NCBI GenBank assembly: GCA_002269645.1
Contig: NIVC01003998.1
Coordinates: 1 to 64,000 of the forward strand
DNA: 64,000 nt
Origin: Macrostomum lignano
Taxonomy: Eukaryota
Reading direction: 5' to 3'
A program made the position numbers and the translations under genes. The notes below the pieces were generated by a model. It ran no database searches. It saw only the letters and a list, made by a program, of their open reading frames with translations, and was not told where the DNA came from. Shown here piece after piece: positions 10,832-20,567 of this stretch (positions are counted from its first letter, which is position 1; each line of letters opens with the position of its first letter).

Positions 10832-13800
10832 ATGTCCTCTTCTAACGAAGAAAGTGATGAGGCCTTGTCGCCCAATGGGGCTGCTGGCCAGGGCCAGCAG
10901 GTTTTACAGTTGCAGACAGAGAGTAGCACTTCAACGCCACCTGAAGCTGGTGCCTCAAGCCAACAGGCTGCACAGGTTGGAGACACAAGCAGGGATGCGA
11001 AACCACCACATGGTATGGCAGACCAGTCAGACTTAAGTAAGGTCCTCCAGACTCTAACAATGATCCTAGAGAAAACTTGTGACAGAGAGGCTTCCGCAGC
11101 AGCTGAGAAACTTTCAAACTCGAGCCCAAAGCTACGACCACCACCACCCTTTCAACCCCAAATGAATTTCGAACTATGGGAGACACAGTTTCTGACTTAT
11201 GTTGAAGCTCATCATGTCCCAACACCTCAGCAACCAGCTGTCCTATTGTCAATGCTCGCACCTGAGTGCCAAGAATTCATTTTTAACAACTCTCTGCACC
11301 GCGAGTCCATTCAAACTGCACTAAAAAGTCTGAAAGATCGATTCACAGATTCGGGAACAGAACACAAAAGCTACTTAGAGCTTGCGGTTGCCGAACAGTT
11401 AAACTCGGAAACAACACAGGAGTTCTTTGACAGACTAACAAGACTATCAAAGTCTGCTAATCTTAAAAAACCTACCGCCGAACCCTTGGTGCGAGCTCGG
11501 TTTTGCTATGGTCTGAGAGATAAGGGTCTTGCTGAAAGACTGATCCTCCTGGGTCAAGAAAACCCAACATGGTCTGCTGAAGATTTAGCAAAAAAGGCCA
11601 GGGAAATTGCCGGTGTCAAGAAGCTCTTATCTAGTGAAGTAACTCCAGTCATCAGAGCTGCCGCCCCTGACAGAACAGCAGAATTAGAAGCCCGAATCCG
11701 CGAGCTTGAAAAACTAGTTCAACAGAATCAGACCACTCAGTCTTCAGATCATAATTCAAAAGATTTTCAGAACTTTCCTTCACAAGTGCCGCCTGTCAAT
11801 CTGGGACAATCTGGCCAGTACAAGAACAGTAGTCGTTGGTCTAAATCCCCTAAGCGATGCAATCGGTGCAGCGACCATGACCATTTAACTGCGGACTGCC
11901 CGAAACCACCGCCCTCCAATGGGGTAGGGGCAGGTGGAAGACCAACTGGTATGGCCCCAATGATGGAAATAGGAACCATAACGGTTTGGAAAGGTGGATT
12001 TGGCTTTATCCAGCCAAGTCAGATGCCAGACTCCCTCTTTTGCCATTATTCCAGCCTTGACAACGAGTTAAAACAGGTTGCAAACAGCCATCAGTTAGTA
12101 GGCACAACTGTGCAATTCTTACGCCGAGCAGATCCTGGTCACAAACATGATAGAGCAGTAGGGGTCTGTCGCTACCAAATGCCTGTCCGATGTGACCAAT
12201 CCTGGGCGGCCGATACTCCAGTCGAGTCTAGTATGTTTGTGCAGTTGGGAATTGGAGACAACAAGGTCATCGCTTGCCTTGATTCAGGTTGCAATGCAAG
12301 CGTCATGGGCACCAAAGTCAGAGACCAACTGATTGCAAACGATCCAATCAACAATACATTTATTCCTGCTAGAAAATACCAAGCTGCAACAGCATTTAAT
12401 GGTACCTCGACACAGATTCTAGGCACCCTACACTGTGAAGTCAAGCTGGGCAAAATATCACAGACTCACGTGTTCCTAGTCACAGAAGGTCAAGTTACAG
12501 ACGTCCTCTTAGGAATAGACTTTATGAGAGGTTTTAACGTGAACCTGCTTGTTGCAGATGGTCAGGTAACTGTAGCGGGCGAAGTGGTACCTGTGATTGA
12601 AGGCGATCGGGGAGTCTTTCAAGCTCGCAGAGTCACTGCAGCTTGCAACGTGCAGTTACCCCCCAGATCAGAGACCATGGTGCCAAGCCGAGTCATTGGT
12701 GCAGATCCTGGCTCTCCTGGATTCCTGGGCACCAAGCTCTTTTGTTCTGACTCGGAATTCTTTGTGGCTCATTCTGTGGATAGTGTGAGCAGCACTGGTC
12801 ATGTCCTGGTACGCCTATTGAATAGTGGCAACCAGCCGTCCGAAATTGCTGCGGGACAGGAGATCGCCTCCTTTCAAAGCTTAAGAGTTGGTGAGACCAT
12901 CTCGCACACTGCTCTCACCGAGAAGGACTTCTCAGTTAGCAGTTCCAAAGATCTGGGAACCAAGCTTGCTAAACTTCCTGACCCTGATCTTGGCACAGCA
13001 TCTTGGCTAAAGAAGCAGTTCAAACTAGAAGAGTCCACCCTGTCAGAAACCCAGTTGACAATAACATTAAAACTGTTAAACTATTTCCTCAGTGCGATAT
13101 CTAAAAGTGACACGGATTTAGGGAAAACACACCTTCACGAGATGGCTATTGAGCTCAACGAACCAACCTGCCGACCCATCTCGCAACCCTCAAGACGCAC
13201 AACACCAGCGCAAAAAGAATTTTTAGATCGGCACATAAACCAGCTAATTGAACAAGGAGTAATCGAAGAAAGCAACTCAGAATGGGCTTCTCCCATAGTC
13301 TTAGTTAGGAAAAAAGACGGCTCGCAGCGCCTTTGCATTGATTACCGTAGTGTCAACAAAGTCATAAAACCGTGCACCTTTCCGCTGCCTCTAATAGAGG
13401 AGTCCTTTGATAGCTTAGCGGGGTCAAAGGTATTCTCAAGTTTAGATCTTACATCTGCCTACTGGCAGGTAGGTATCCGAGAACAGGACCGTGATCTCAC
13501 GGCCTTCACATGTCCCCAGGGGACCTATCGCTGGAAAGTTGTCCCATTCGGGATAAAAACAGCCCCAGCGAACTTTGCCAAGTTGATGCACAAAGTTTTC
13601 CGACCTTTATTAATGCGCGTCAGCCTCATATACTTGGACGACATCATTATAAAAGCCAGAGACAATGACGAAATGATCGTCCACCTGGCCCTTGTCCTTT
13701 GGCAACTTAAAAAGGCCAATCTAAAAATCAAGCCATCGAAATGTGAACTTTTTAAGGATCGAGTTCGTTTCTTAGGATTCGTCGTCTCCTCCCAGGGCAT

Positions 13801-14008
13801 AGAAGCAGATCCGACTAAGATCGACGCTGTTAGAAACTGGTGCAAGCCAACAGACAAGAGGCAATTACTAGCTTTTCTTGGATTCGCGAATTACTACAGG
13901 AAATTTGTAGCTCGATTTTCTGTAATCGCATCTCCTCTGTATTCGTTGGCCAAAGGGTCATCAAAATTCTGTGGCTCGAACATCACGACAGAGCATTTGA
14001 AGAGTTGA
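10832..14008 (+). CDS. Gag-Pol segment 1: capsid-like region, CCHC knuckle, cold-shock domain, aspartic protease, dUTPase-like spacer, RT
   Basis: CNRCSDHDHLTADC (11858-11899); GTITVWKGGFGFIQ...LFCHYS; LDSG at 12278-12289; RT motifs LCIDYR, FSSLDLTSAYWQV, VPFGIKTAP and YLDD (13631-13642). Frame shift at about 13969. Confidence 0.95.
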   Translation: MSSSNEESDEALSPNGAAGQGQQVLQLQTESSTSTPPEAGASSQQAAQVGDTSRDAKPPHGMADQSDLSKVLQTLTMILEKTCDREASAAAEKLSNSSPKLRPPPPFQPQMNFELWETQFLTYVEAHHVPTPQQPAVLLSMLAPECQEFIFNNSLHRESIQTALKSLKDRFTDSGTEHKSYLELAVAEQLNSETTQEFFDRLTRLSKSANLKKPTAEPLVRARFCYGLRDKGLAERLILLGQENPTWSAEDLAKKAREIAGVKKLLSSEVTPVIRAAAPDRTAELEARIRELEKLVQQNQTTQSSDHNSKDFQNFPSQVPPVNLGQSGQYKNSSRWSKSPKRCNRCSDHDHLTADCPKPPPSNGVGAGGRPTGMAPMMEIGTITVWKGGFGFIQPSQMPDSLFCHYSSLDNELKQVANSHQLVGTTVQFLRRADPGHKHDRAVGVCRYQMPVRCDQSWAADTPVESSMFVQLGIGDNKVIACLDSGCNASVMGTKVRDQLIANDPINNTFIPARKYQAATAFNGTSTQILGTLHCEVKLGKISQTHVFLVTEGQVTDVLLGIDFMRGFNVNLLVADGQVTVAGEVVPVIEGDRGVFQARRVTAACNVQLPPRSETMVPSRVIGADPGSPGFLGTKLFCSDSEFFVAHSVDSVSSTGHVLVRLLNSGNQPSEIAAGQEIASFQSLRVGETISHTALTEKDFSVSSSKDLGTKLAKLPDPDLGTASWLKKQFKLEESTLSETQLTITLKLLNYFLSAISKSDTDLGKTHLHEMAIELNEPTCRPISQPSRRTTPAQKEFLDRHINQLIEQGVIEESNSEWASPIVLVRKKDGSQRLCIDYRSVNKVIKPCTFPLPLIEESFDSLAGSKVFSSLDLTSAYWQVGIREQDRDLTAFTCPQGTYRWKVVPFGIKTAPANFAKLMHKVFRPLLMRVSLIYLDDIIIKARDNDEMIVHLALVLWQLKKANLKIKPSKCELFKDRVRFLGFVVSSQGIEADPTKIDAVRNWCKPTDKRQLLAFLGFANYYRKFVARFSVIASPLYSLAKGSSKFCGSNITTEHLKS

Positions 14009-14760
14009 AGGCCAATTTATGTGCTCCTCCAGTTCTAGCATATCCTGACCTCAAGCCGTCAGCTGGGCCCTTCATCTTGGACTGTGACTCCTCGCTCGAA
14101 GGAGTTGGCGGAGTATTGTCACAAGAAGGCCCAGATGGACAAGAGCACGTTGTGGCGTACGCGTCCAAGAAATTCACGCACTCCCAGCGGAACTATTGTG
14201 CTACTATGCGCGAACTACTTGGCTTGGTCATTATGTTAGAACACTTCAGAACGTACTCTTGGACCGCAGTTTTCTGGTGCGTTCCGATGCAGCAGCCTTG
14301 CAGTGGCTGCACACCAAAAAACATAGCACGGGCATGCTAGCTCAGTGGCTGGCAACCATTGACGTCTACAACTTTAAGGTATGTCAGACACCACTGGAAC
14401 GACTTGCGGAGTATGACTTCTCAGTGGAGCATCGTCCTGGCCGTGATCATGTTAACGCGGATATGCTCAGCCGCAACCCCAGGTTTAGGTCAGATCACCA
14501 TGACTGCCCAACGTGCAGCAAAATCCCTGCTTTCCAAGACAAATTTAGGAAGTTGGAGGAGCAAAGGTGCCAGGACGAGGATGAGGATACAGACAGCATG
14601 CCCGCTGTGCAGCTGAGAACAGCACAAATAGACGCTTGCTGCCAGACGGAGCCCCACCAATCAAACCAAGAGCCGAAGTATCCTTCCGAGATTTTGACCA
14701 GCCATGAAGGGTCGGATGAGGTCAGAAGCCATCGGTCCTTAGCTTGCCTTCGACAGCCCA
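13970..14760 (+). CDS. Gag-Pol segment 2: RT connection and RNase H (frameshifts at about 13969, 14256 and 14700-14760)
   Basis: LWLEHHDRAFEELK, PVLAYPD, FILDCDSS, VVAYASKK, NYCATMRELL, RSDAAALQW, EHRPGRDHVNADMLSR, spread over ORFs 13840+ and 14196+. Confidence 0.92.
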
Positions 14761-17056
14761 GGAACCGGACCCGGAGGGAGAAACATCTGAGGATGAGATG
14801 TCAGAAAATTCCGAGAATCTATGGGCTAGAGAAGCTCAAGAATCTAGCACAGATCTCGTGAGATTGATTGAGGCCGTTGAAGGGAAATCTCCAAGACTAA
14901 CTAAGGTTGAAGTCCAGGACTGCAGTCGTGAAATTCGAACGCTTTGGGCCATGTTTGACGAACTCGAGGTTGTAAATGGCCTTCTGACTCGCGTCAAACC
15001 CGCTAAGCAGGGCCAAGTCAGTCAGCGACTCATAATCATACCAGAGACAGCAGATGTTGATGAGCTAGTTTCCTGCTATCACAGAGACATTAATCACTGC
15101 GGAATCAACAAAACAGTCCGGGCCTTAAAACAAAGGTTCCAAATCACAAACCTCGAAGTATTCGTGAAGGGAATCATTGCTGAATGCGAGGTATGCTGCC
15201 GCACTAAGAAGAACAAACGGAAGAATAAACAACCATTAGAACCAATTTTATCAGGCTATCCAAATCAAATTGTGCACGTTGACCACGCAGGGCCTTTCCC
15301 AGAGCAGGAGGGCAACCGTTACTTGCTGGTGCTAGTAGATAACTTTTCTGGGTATGTAGAGATCGTGCCTGTCCCAGACGTCTCGGCCGCAACTACCGCC
15401 ACAGTTATACTAACCGAGTGGATAGTTCGATATGGCACTATGGAGAAACTTGTTTCGGATAATGGCACGGCCTTCATAAATAAAACGGTAGCGGAGCTCA
15501 CCAGACTACTTGAAATAGACATGGCACGTATCACCGCACACAGGCCGCAATCAAACGGTAAAGCGGAAAGGACCATACAATCAATCAAAGCGCAGATTCG
15601 TGCAATTTGCCTTGAAAAAAGAGTCAATTGGGTCTATGCAGCTCGTTTGGCCGGTCTTTCAATCCGGACGACTGTGGCCGAATCCACAGGCTGGACCCCA
15701 GCCAGGCTCTTTTTCGGTCGGGAACTTGTGCTGCCTCTAGACCTACTGTTCAACCCGCCAAGGCACGACAGGTATGATCCAGACTGTTATGCACACAAGC
15801 TGCACAAACTATTGGTGGAGGTATCGGCGATCGCCCGCATGGAGCGGGGTAAGGCCCAACAGAGGCAAAAGCGGAATTATGATCGTAATACCATTCACTC
15901 CAACTTCGAAATCGGAGAACTGGTGTGGGTACTCAACCCCGACCATCGGGGATTAGACTCAGCCGTCTGGTTAGTGCCATACAAAGTAGTTCAAAAGGTT
16001 TCTGAGCGAAACTACCGCCTCATTCCCGAATTCGCTCGCATCAATCCAATCTGCCAAACACCAAATCCGAGTCATAACATCTACAACGTAGACCGAATGA
16101 AGCGGTGTATCCGCAAGCAAACGTACCAAGATATCGCCGACCGGTTCGAACTCAGGGTCCCAGCTCTGATTCCACCTTCGAGATTAGGCCAACTGGATGA
16201 TCAATCCGAGTCTCGCAGTGACTCCTGGGGTTCATCGGCCACTACCTGCAGTGAGCCGGAACCAGAAGCTGAAGTTCCCAACACACAAGATGACGAAGCG
16301 CCTGATCCACCGCACACATCAGCGCCTGATCCACCACACACACCAGCGCCTGATCCACCGCGCACATTAGCGCCTGATCCACCGCACACATCAGCGCCTG
16401 ATCCACCGCACACATCAGCGCCTGATCCACCGAACACATCAGCGCCTGATCCACCGCGCACATCAGCGCCTGATCCACCGCATCCACCAGCGCCTGGTCC
16501 ACCGCACACATCAGCGCCTGATCCACCGCACACATCAGCGCCTGATCCACCGCGCACATCAGCGCCTGATCCACCGCACCCATCAGCGCCTGATCCACCG
16601 CGCACAGTAGCGCCTGATTTTCTGTGCACATCGTCGCCTGATCGTTTAGCACGAAACCAGTCGCCAAGCTTGCCTAGCGCTTTCGTAGAAGTGGCAGACT
16701 CGGGGAATCTGCAACAGGATTACCAGGTACCTGAAATTGGTGCAGAAGTGGAAGTACCGCAGAACAACACAGAAGAACAGCTGCCAGAATCTCGAGTCCA
16801 TGAAAGCAGCACTACCATGCCTGCAATGGACGGCTTGCGTCCAGAAAGTCCAACGAGTGGCAGCCATTGTAGTCAAGAGACACCACCAGCGCAAGATACC
16901 GTGGATAGTGATAAAGTGGAAGCATTTCCAGCTGGTCCAGTCACTACGCCAATTACGACGACCCGTTCCGGCCGTCTGGTGCGTAAGCCTCAGCGTTTCT
17001 TGAACACTATAGTGCGTCTGTGTTCGAGGAACGGACATTTAAGCAACAGCGCCTAG
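14744..17056 (+). CDS. Gag-Pol segment 3: integrase with a Pro-rich repeat tail
   Basis: HHCC zinc finger (YH...HCG...CEVC); DDE triad (VDHAGP, SDNG, KAERT); GPY/F-like WLVPYKV; C-terminal TRSGRLVRKPQRF. Confidence 0.95.
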   Translation: MPSTAQEPDPEGETSEDEMSENSENLWAREAQESSTDLVRLIEAVEGKSPRLTKVEVQDCSREIRTLWAMFDELEVVNGLLTRVKPAKQGQVSQRLIIIPETADVDELVSCYHRDINHCGINKTVRALKQRFQITNLEVFVKGIIAECEVCCRTKKNKRKNKQPLEPILSGYPNQIVHVDHAGPFPEQEGNRYLLVLVDNFSGYVEIVPVPDVSAATTATVILTEWIVRYGTMEKLVSDNGTAFINKTVAELTRLLEIDMARITAHRPQSNGKAERTIQSIKAQIRAICLEKRVNWVYAARLAGLSIRTTVAESTGWTPARLFFGRELVLPLDLLFNPPRHDRYDPDCYAHKLHKLLVEVSAIARMERGKAQQRQKRNYDRNTIHSNFEIGELVWVLNPDHRGLDSAVWLVPYKVVQKVSERNYRLIPEFARINPICQTPNPSHNIYNVDRMKRCIRKQTYQDIADRFELRVPALIPPSRLGQLDDQSESRSDSWGSSATTCSEPEPEAEVPNTQDDEAPDPPHTSAPDPPHTPAPDPPRTLAPDPPHTSAPDPPHTSAPDPPNTSAPDPPRTSAPDPPHPPAPGPPHTSAPDPPHTSAPDPPRTSAPDPPHPSAPDPPRTVAPDFLCTSSPDRLARNQSPSLPSAFVEVADSGNLQQDYQVPEIGAEVEVPQNNTEEQLPESRVHESSTTMPAMDGLRPESPTSGSHCSQETPPAQDTVDSDKVEAFPAGPVTTPITTTRSGRLVRKPQRFLNTIVRLCSRNGHLSNSA
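16305..16620 (+). repeat. 24-bp coding tandem repeat (APDPPHTS)n after integrase
   Basis: About 13 in-frame copies of GCGCCTGATCCACCGCACACATCA. Confidence 0.95.
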
Positions 17057-17414
17057 CGTTTAACCTTAATGGGGCTTACTTGGGGTCATTGCTCACTACT
17101 AATGATTTGTAACTGACAAAAAAAACTTTAAAAAAATCCAAAAATATTGAAATGGAAATATTCGAATACGACATTGCAGCAGTCGTTAAAGTAACCATGA
17201 AAAGGTAAATTTGAGTTTTCAGTTTTCAGTGCTGGTGGTCTGCTTTGGTTTTCACACATATCGTTTGCCTTGGCTGTGTTGCGGGCTATCGTTGCTGCAA
17301 CGCTCTAAGCCTGGTGTGAAACTTTCCTAGCTTTCTTGTGCCTTTCCACCTTAGGTTCTTTTCTTTCGTCTTTGGGGGGGGGGTTCTGCAGTTGTAGTTA
17401 TTAAGGGGGGGGGG

Positions 17415-18170
17415 ATGGGTCTCCTGCCAGCCACCATCGGCCTCCTGCCGGCTACCATCGGCCTCCTGCTGGCTACCATCGGCCTCCTGCTGGCTACCAT
17501 CGGCCTCCTGCCGGCTACCATCGGCCTCCTGCCGGCTACCATCGGCCTCCTGCCGGCTACCATCGGCCTCCTGCCGGCCACCATCGGCCTCCTGCCGGCT
17601 ACCATCGGCCTGCTCCTGCCGGCTACCATCGGCCTCCTGCCGGCCACCATCGGCCTCCTGCCGGCTACCATCGGCCTGCTCCTGCCGGCTACCATCGGCC
17701 TGCTCCTGCCGGCTACCATCGGCCTCCTGCTGGCTACCATCGGCCTCCTGCCGGCTACCATCGGCCTCCTGCCGGCTACCATCGGCCTCCTGCCGGCCAC
17801 CATCGGCCTGCTCCTGCCGGCTACCATCGGCCTGCTCCTGCCGGCTACCATCGGCCTCCTGCTGGCTACCATCGGCCTCCTGCCGGCTACCATCGGCCTC
17901 CTGCCGGCTACCATCGGCCTCCTGCCGGCTACCATCGGCCTCCTGCCGGCTACCATCGGCCTGCTCACGCCGGCTACCATTGGCCTCCTGCCGGCCACCA
18001 TCGGCCTGCTCCTGCCGGCTACCATCGGCCTGCTCCTGACGGCTACCATTGGCCTCCTGCTGGCTACCATCGGCCTCCTGACGGCTACCATCGGCCTCCT
18101 GCCGGCCACCATCGGCCTGCTCCTGCCGGCTACCATCGGCCTAATGCCGGCTACCATCGGCCTCCTTTGG
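17415..18170. repeat. 21/24-bp tandem repeat inside the retrotransposon 3' region; open as a 263-aa ORF (17415-18206, +)
   Basis: Unit CTCCTGCCGGCTACCATCGGC, with or without an extra CTG; ATG at 17415. Confidence 0.9.
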
Positions 18171-18438
18171 CGTTTCGTTCGCTCGTATGCCTTAATCCAC
18201 TTTTGATTCCTTCTGACCGTTTGTCTCTCAATTAATTTTTCGCGAATATACAATAGTTATATTACTGAATTTTATATCGTTACTTATTGCTTAATCGATC
18301 GTCTACTGCTTTTATTCCCAACCAATATTTGTGGAGTTCGAGTGCGCTCAAATAACAACTTTCGTTGACAGTTTATTACATTTTAAGCCCTGTTATTTTC
18401 GAATTCATAAGATCGCCAGGCCGTTCCCTAATTTTTGC

Positions 18439-18451
18439 GGAAAGGGGCGGA
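18439..18451 (+). promoter_or_regulatory. Polypurine tract
   Basis: GGAAAGGGGCGGA immediately before the 3' LTR TG. Confidence 0.85.
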
Positions 18452-18902
18452 TGTAACGTCGTCGCTTCTGTATTGAAAATGTTCAATTTCGTATTTATGG
18501 TTTTTGCAATTAATATTTAAAACTATATCTATTTTGGTCTAATGTTTGTAACTATTTTTTAGTTACTTTCCCCATTTGGTTTAATTTTGTTTTTCTATTT
18601 TCAATTAGTGCAGTTATTCAAATTTTGCTTCTTGATAGTTTTTGTGTAGTGTCCTGCGCTCTGTGTGTTGGTCTTAGGTCCCGTAGGCTGGGTGGCATTA
18701 GCATTATATTATCGTCTCAGATTACCCTTTGGTAAATAGTTGGCATTGCCATACTGCTTCTGACCTACTCACCATTATTCAGACTAGCAATTGAGTTGTT
18801 AAATTAATAATACGTATATTGGCCTAGGACAAGATCAACACTCAGACTCAGCACGCGCACGCGCATCAGTCCCATGTTCTCGAACTAAATAAACTCGTCA
18901 CA
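18452..18902 (+). repeat. 3' LTR
   Basis: Matches 9741-10190 with one extra G at about 18678. Confidence 0.98.
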
Positions 18903-19059
18903 CTTTCAAGTTAAAAAACTCCCCGACAACTTTTATCATCTTTTTTCATCCGATCGATGATTGTATAGCCTACATGGCAGCCGTGCATTTAAGCTCCAAT
19001 ATTAGAGACGCGGCCACCCACCGTGCCCATAAGTGTGAACCCAGTCAATATTAACGACA

Positions 19060-19265
19060 CGGCTGCCGTGCAAGTTTTAATGACACGGCGACCGTGTCTC
19101 TAATAGTGACTAGGTCCATACTTATAGACACCGTGTCTATAATGCAGAAACTTAGAAACACGGCGGCCGTGTCTATAAGTATGGACCTAGTCACTATTAG
19201 AGACACGGCCGCCGTGTCTATAAGTTTTTGCATTATAGACACGGTCGCCGTGTCTCTAAGTGTGG
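19060..19265. repeat. Cluster of palindromic AGACACGGCGGCCGTGTCT motifs (same family at 9317-9341; decayed copy at 54075-54400)
   Basis: Repeated motif in both orientations on both sides of the LTR element, suggesting the LTR element inserted into a non-autonomous DNA element. Confidence 0.7.
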
Positions 19266-20169
19266 CGTATCTGAAATTCATCATTATGTTATACATATTT
19301 GATATGATATCTTAAATATCGTTTTTGTTTCATTGTTTGACACCATATTTGTGATAGGGCAAACATAGTAATTTATAATTAAAATAGTTAAGTTATTCAT
19401 ATTGACTTAGCCTTAGAGGGTATCAGTCGTTTCGGTGACAGATGCTTCAGTGACAAATAGGCCCTAGTCATTTCAGTGACAAGTTGCTTTTGTGATAGGC
19501 CTAGACACACATTACTTTTGATGAAAAAAAAATGTCATGCTCATTGACAGTTTAGGCCCTAGTAGAAAGAGGCACTTTATAAAATTAGCTTGTAGTTATT
19601 TTGTTAAGATTTTAGTGTTTTGTACTATATTTTAAAATTTTTGTTAAAAGATTCAGGTCTAATAATACCAATGTACATTAATACCAATGTTTTTTGAGTA
19701 GGACTTCAAATTTCATAATGCATGTAAAATAATTTTAGGGATTAAAGTTTGAATTCAGTGAGTTTAAAATCCATGATTTTTAATAGCTTATAAAAAATTA
19801 AATATAGGCCTAAACTATTTGCTTTCATTGTTATGCATCTTTTTAATAGGCCTAGGCTTTGTGTTTCAATTCTAGCATATAGTAGGCCTAATAGTCAATG
19901 ACATATAGTCAAGTAATCAAATTAATCAATAATATATAGTAAGGTAAACCTGATCTGAGATAACTAAAATCTAGTTGTTTTTATTGTTTTACTATGCTCT
20001 TTTATTGTACTAATTAATGCTATGTTTTAAATAAAGAATTTTCAATAAATTAAATATTGGACATGCAATAAAATGCTTTCTGATAAAAATGACATGGCTT
20101 TATAGAAAATAAAAAGATATTTCTATTTTTCAATCATTGAATTGTGGCCATTCCAAATGTACATATATA

Positions 20170-20563
20170 CATAGGGGGTCACTGGGATGGCCAAAGTCGG
20201 GCCCAGGTCGGACCTGGGAATGAGGACTTGGGCCCGGGTCAGGCCTCAAGAATTTGGGACAAGATCTTTAGGATAGCTAAATAATTGGAAAAAAATCATT
20301 CTAATAAATCTTAATACTTTTAGCATATATGGATTACTATTAAATATATAATAAATATGATTATTATTTAATACATTAGTTAAGACTTAAGAATAGACAA
20401 GAGTTACATTACAAGACTTAATACTCAAATATTTGCACGCGATTAGTGCCTTTAGGGAAAAAAGACTTGTCCCAATTGCCTGAATTTTTTAGGGTTGGGC
20501 CACAATTTTGGTTGGGATTCCCAACTTTTTGGGCCCAGGCCTAGGACTGGGTTGCCCCCTATG
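20170..20563. mobile_element. Decayed MITE, hAT-like termini
   Basis: TIRs CATAGGGGGTCAC and GTTGCCCCCTATG. The flanking 8-mers TATATACA and TGCATATG differ only by transitions. Confidence 0.5.
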
Positions 20564-20567
20564 CATA

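Larger units (their letters stand above)
9741..18902 (+). mobile_element. Full-length young Ty3/gypsy LTR retrotransposon
   Basis: TG...CA LTRs of 450 and 451 bp, 4-bp TSD CTTT (9737-9740 and 18903-18906), PBS, PPT, and domain order gag-PR-RT-RH-IN. Confidence 0.98.
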
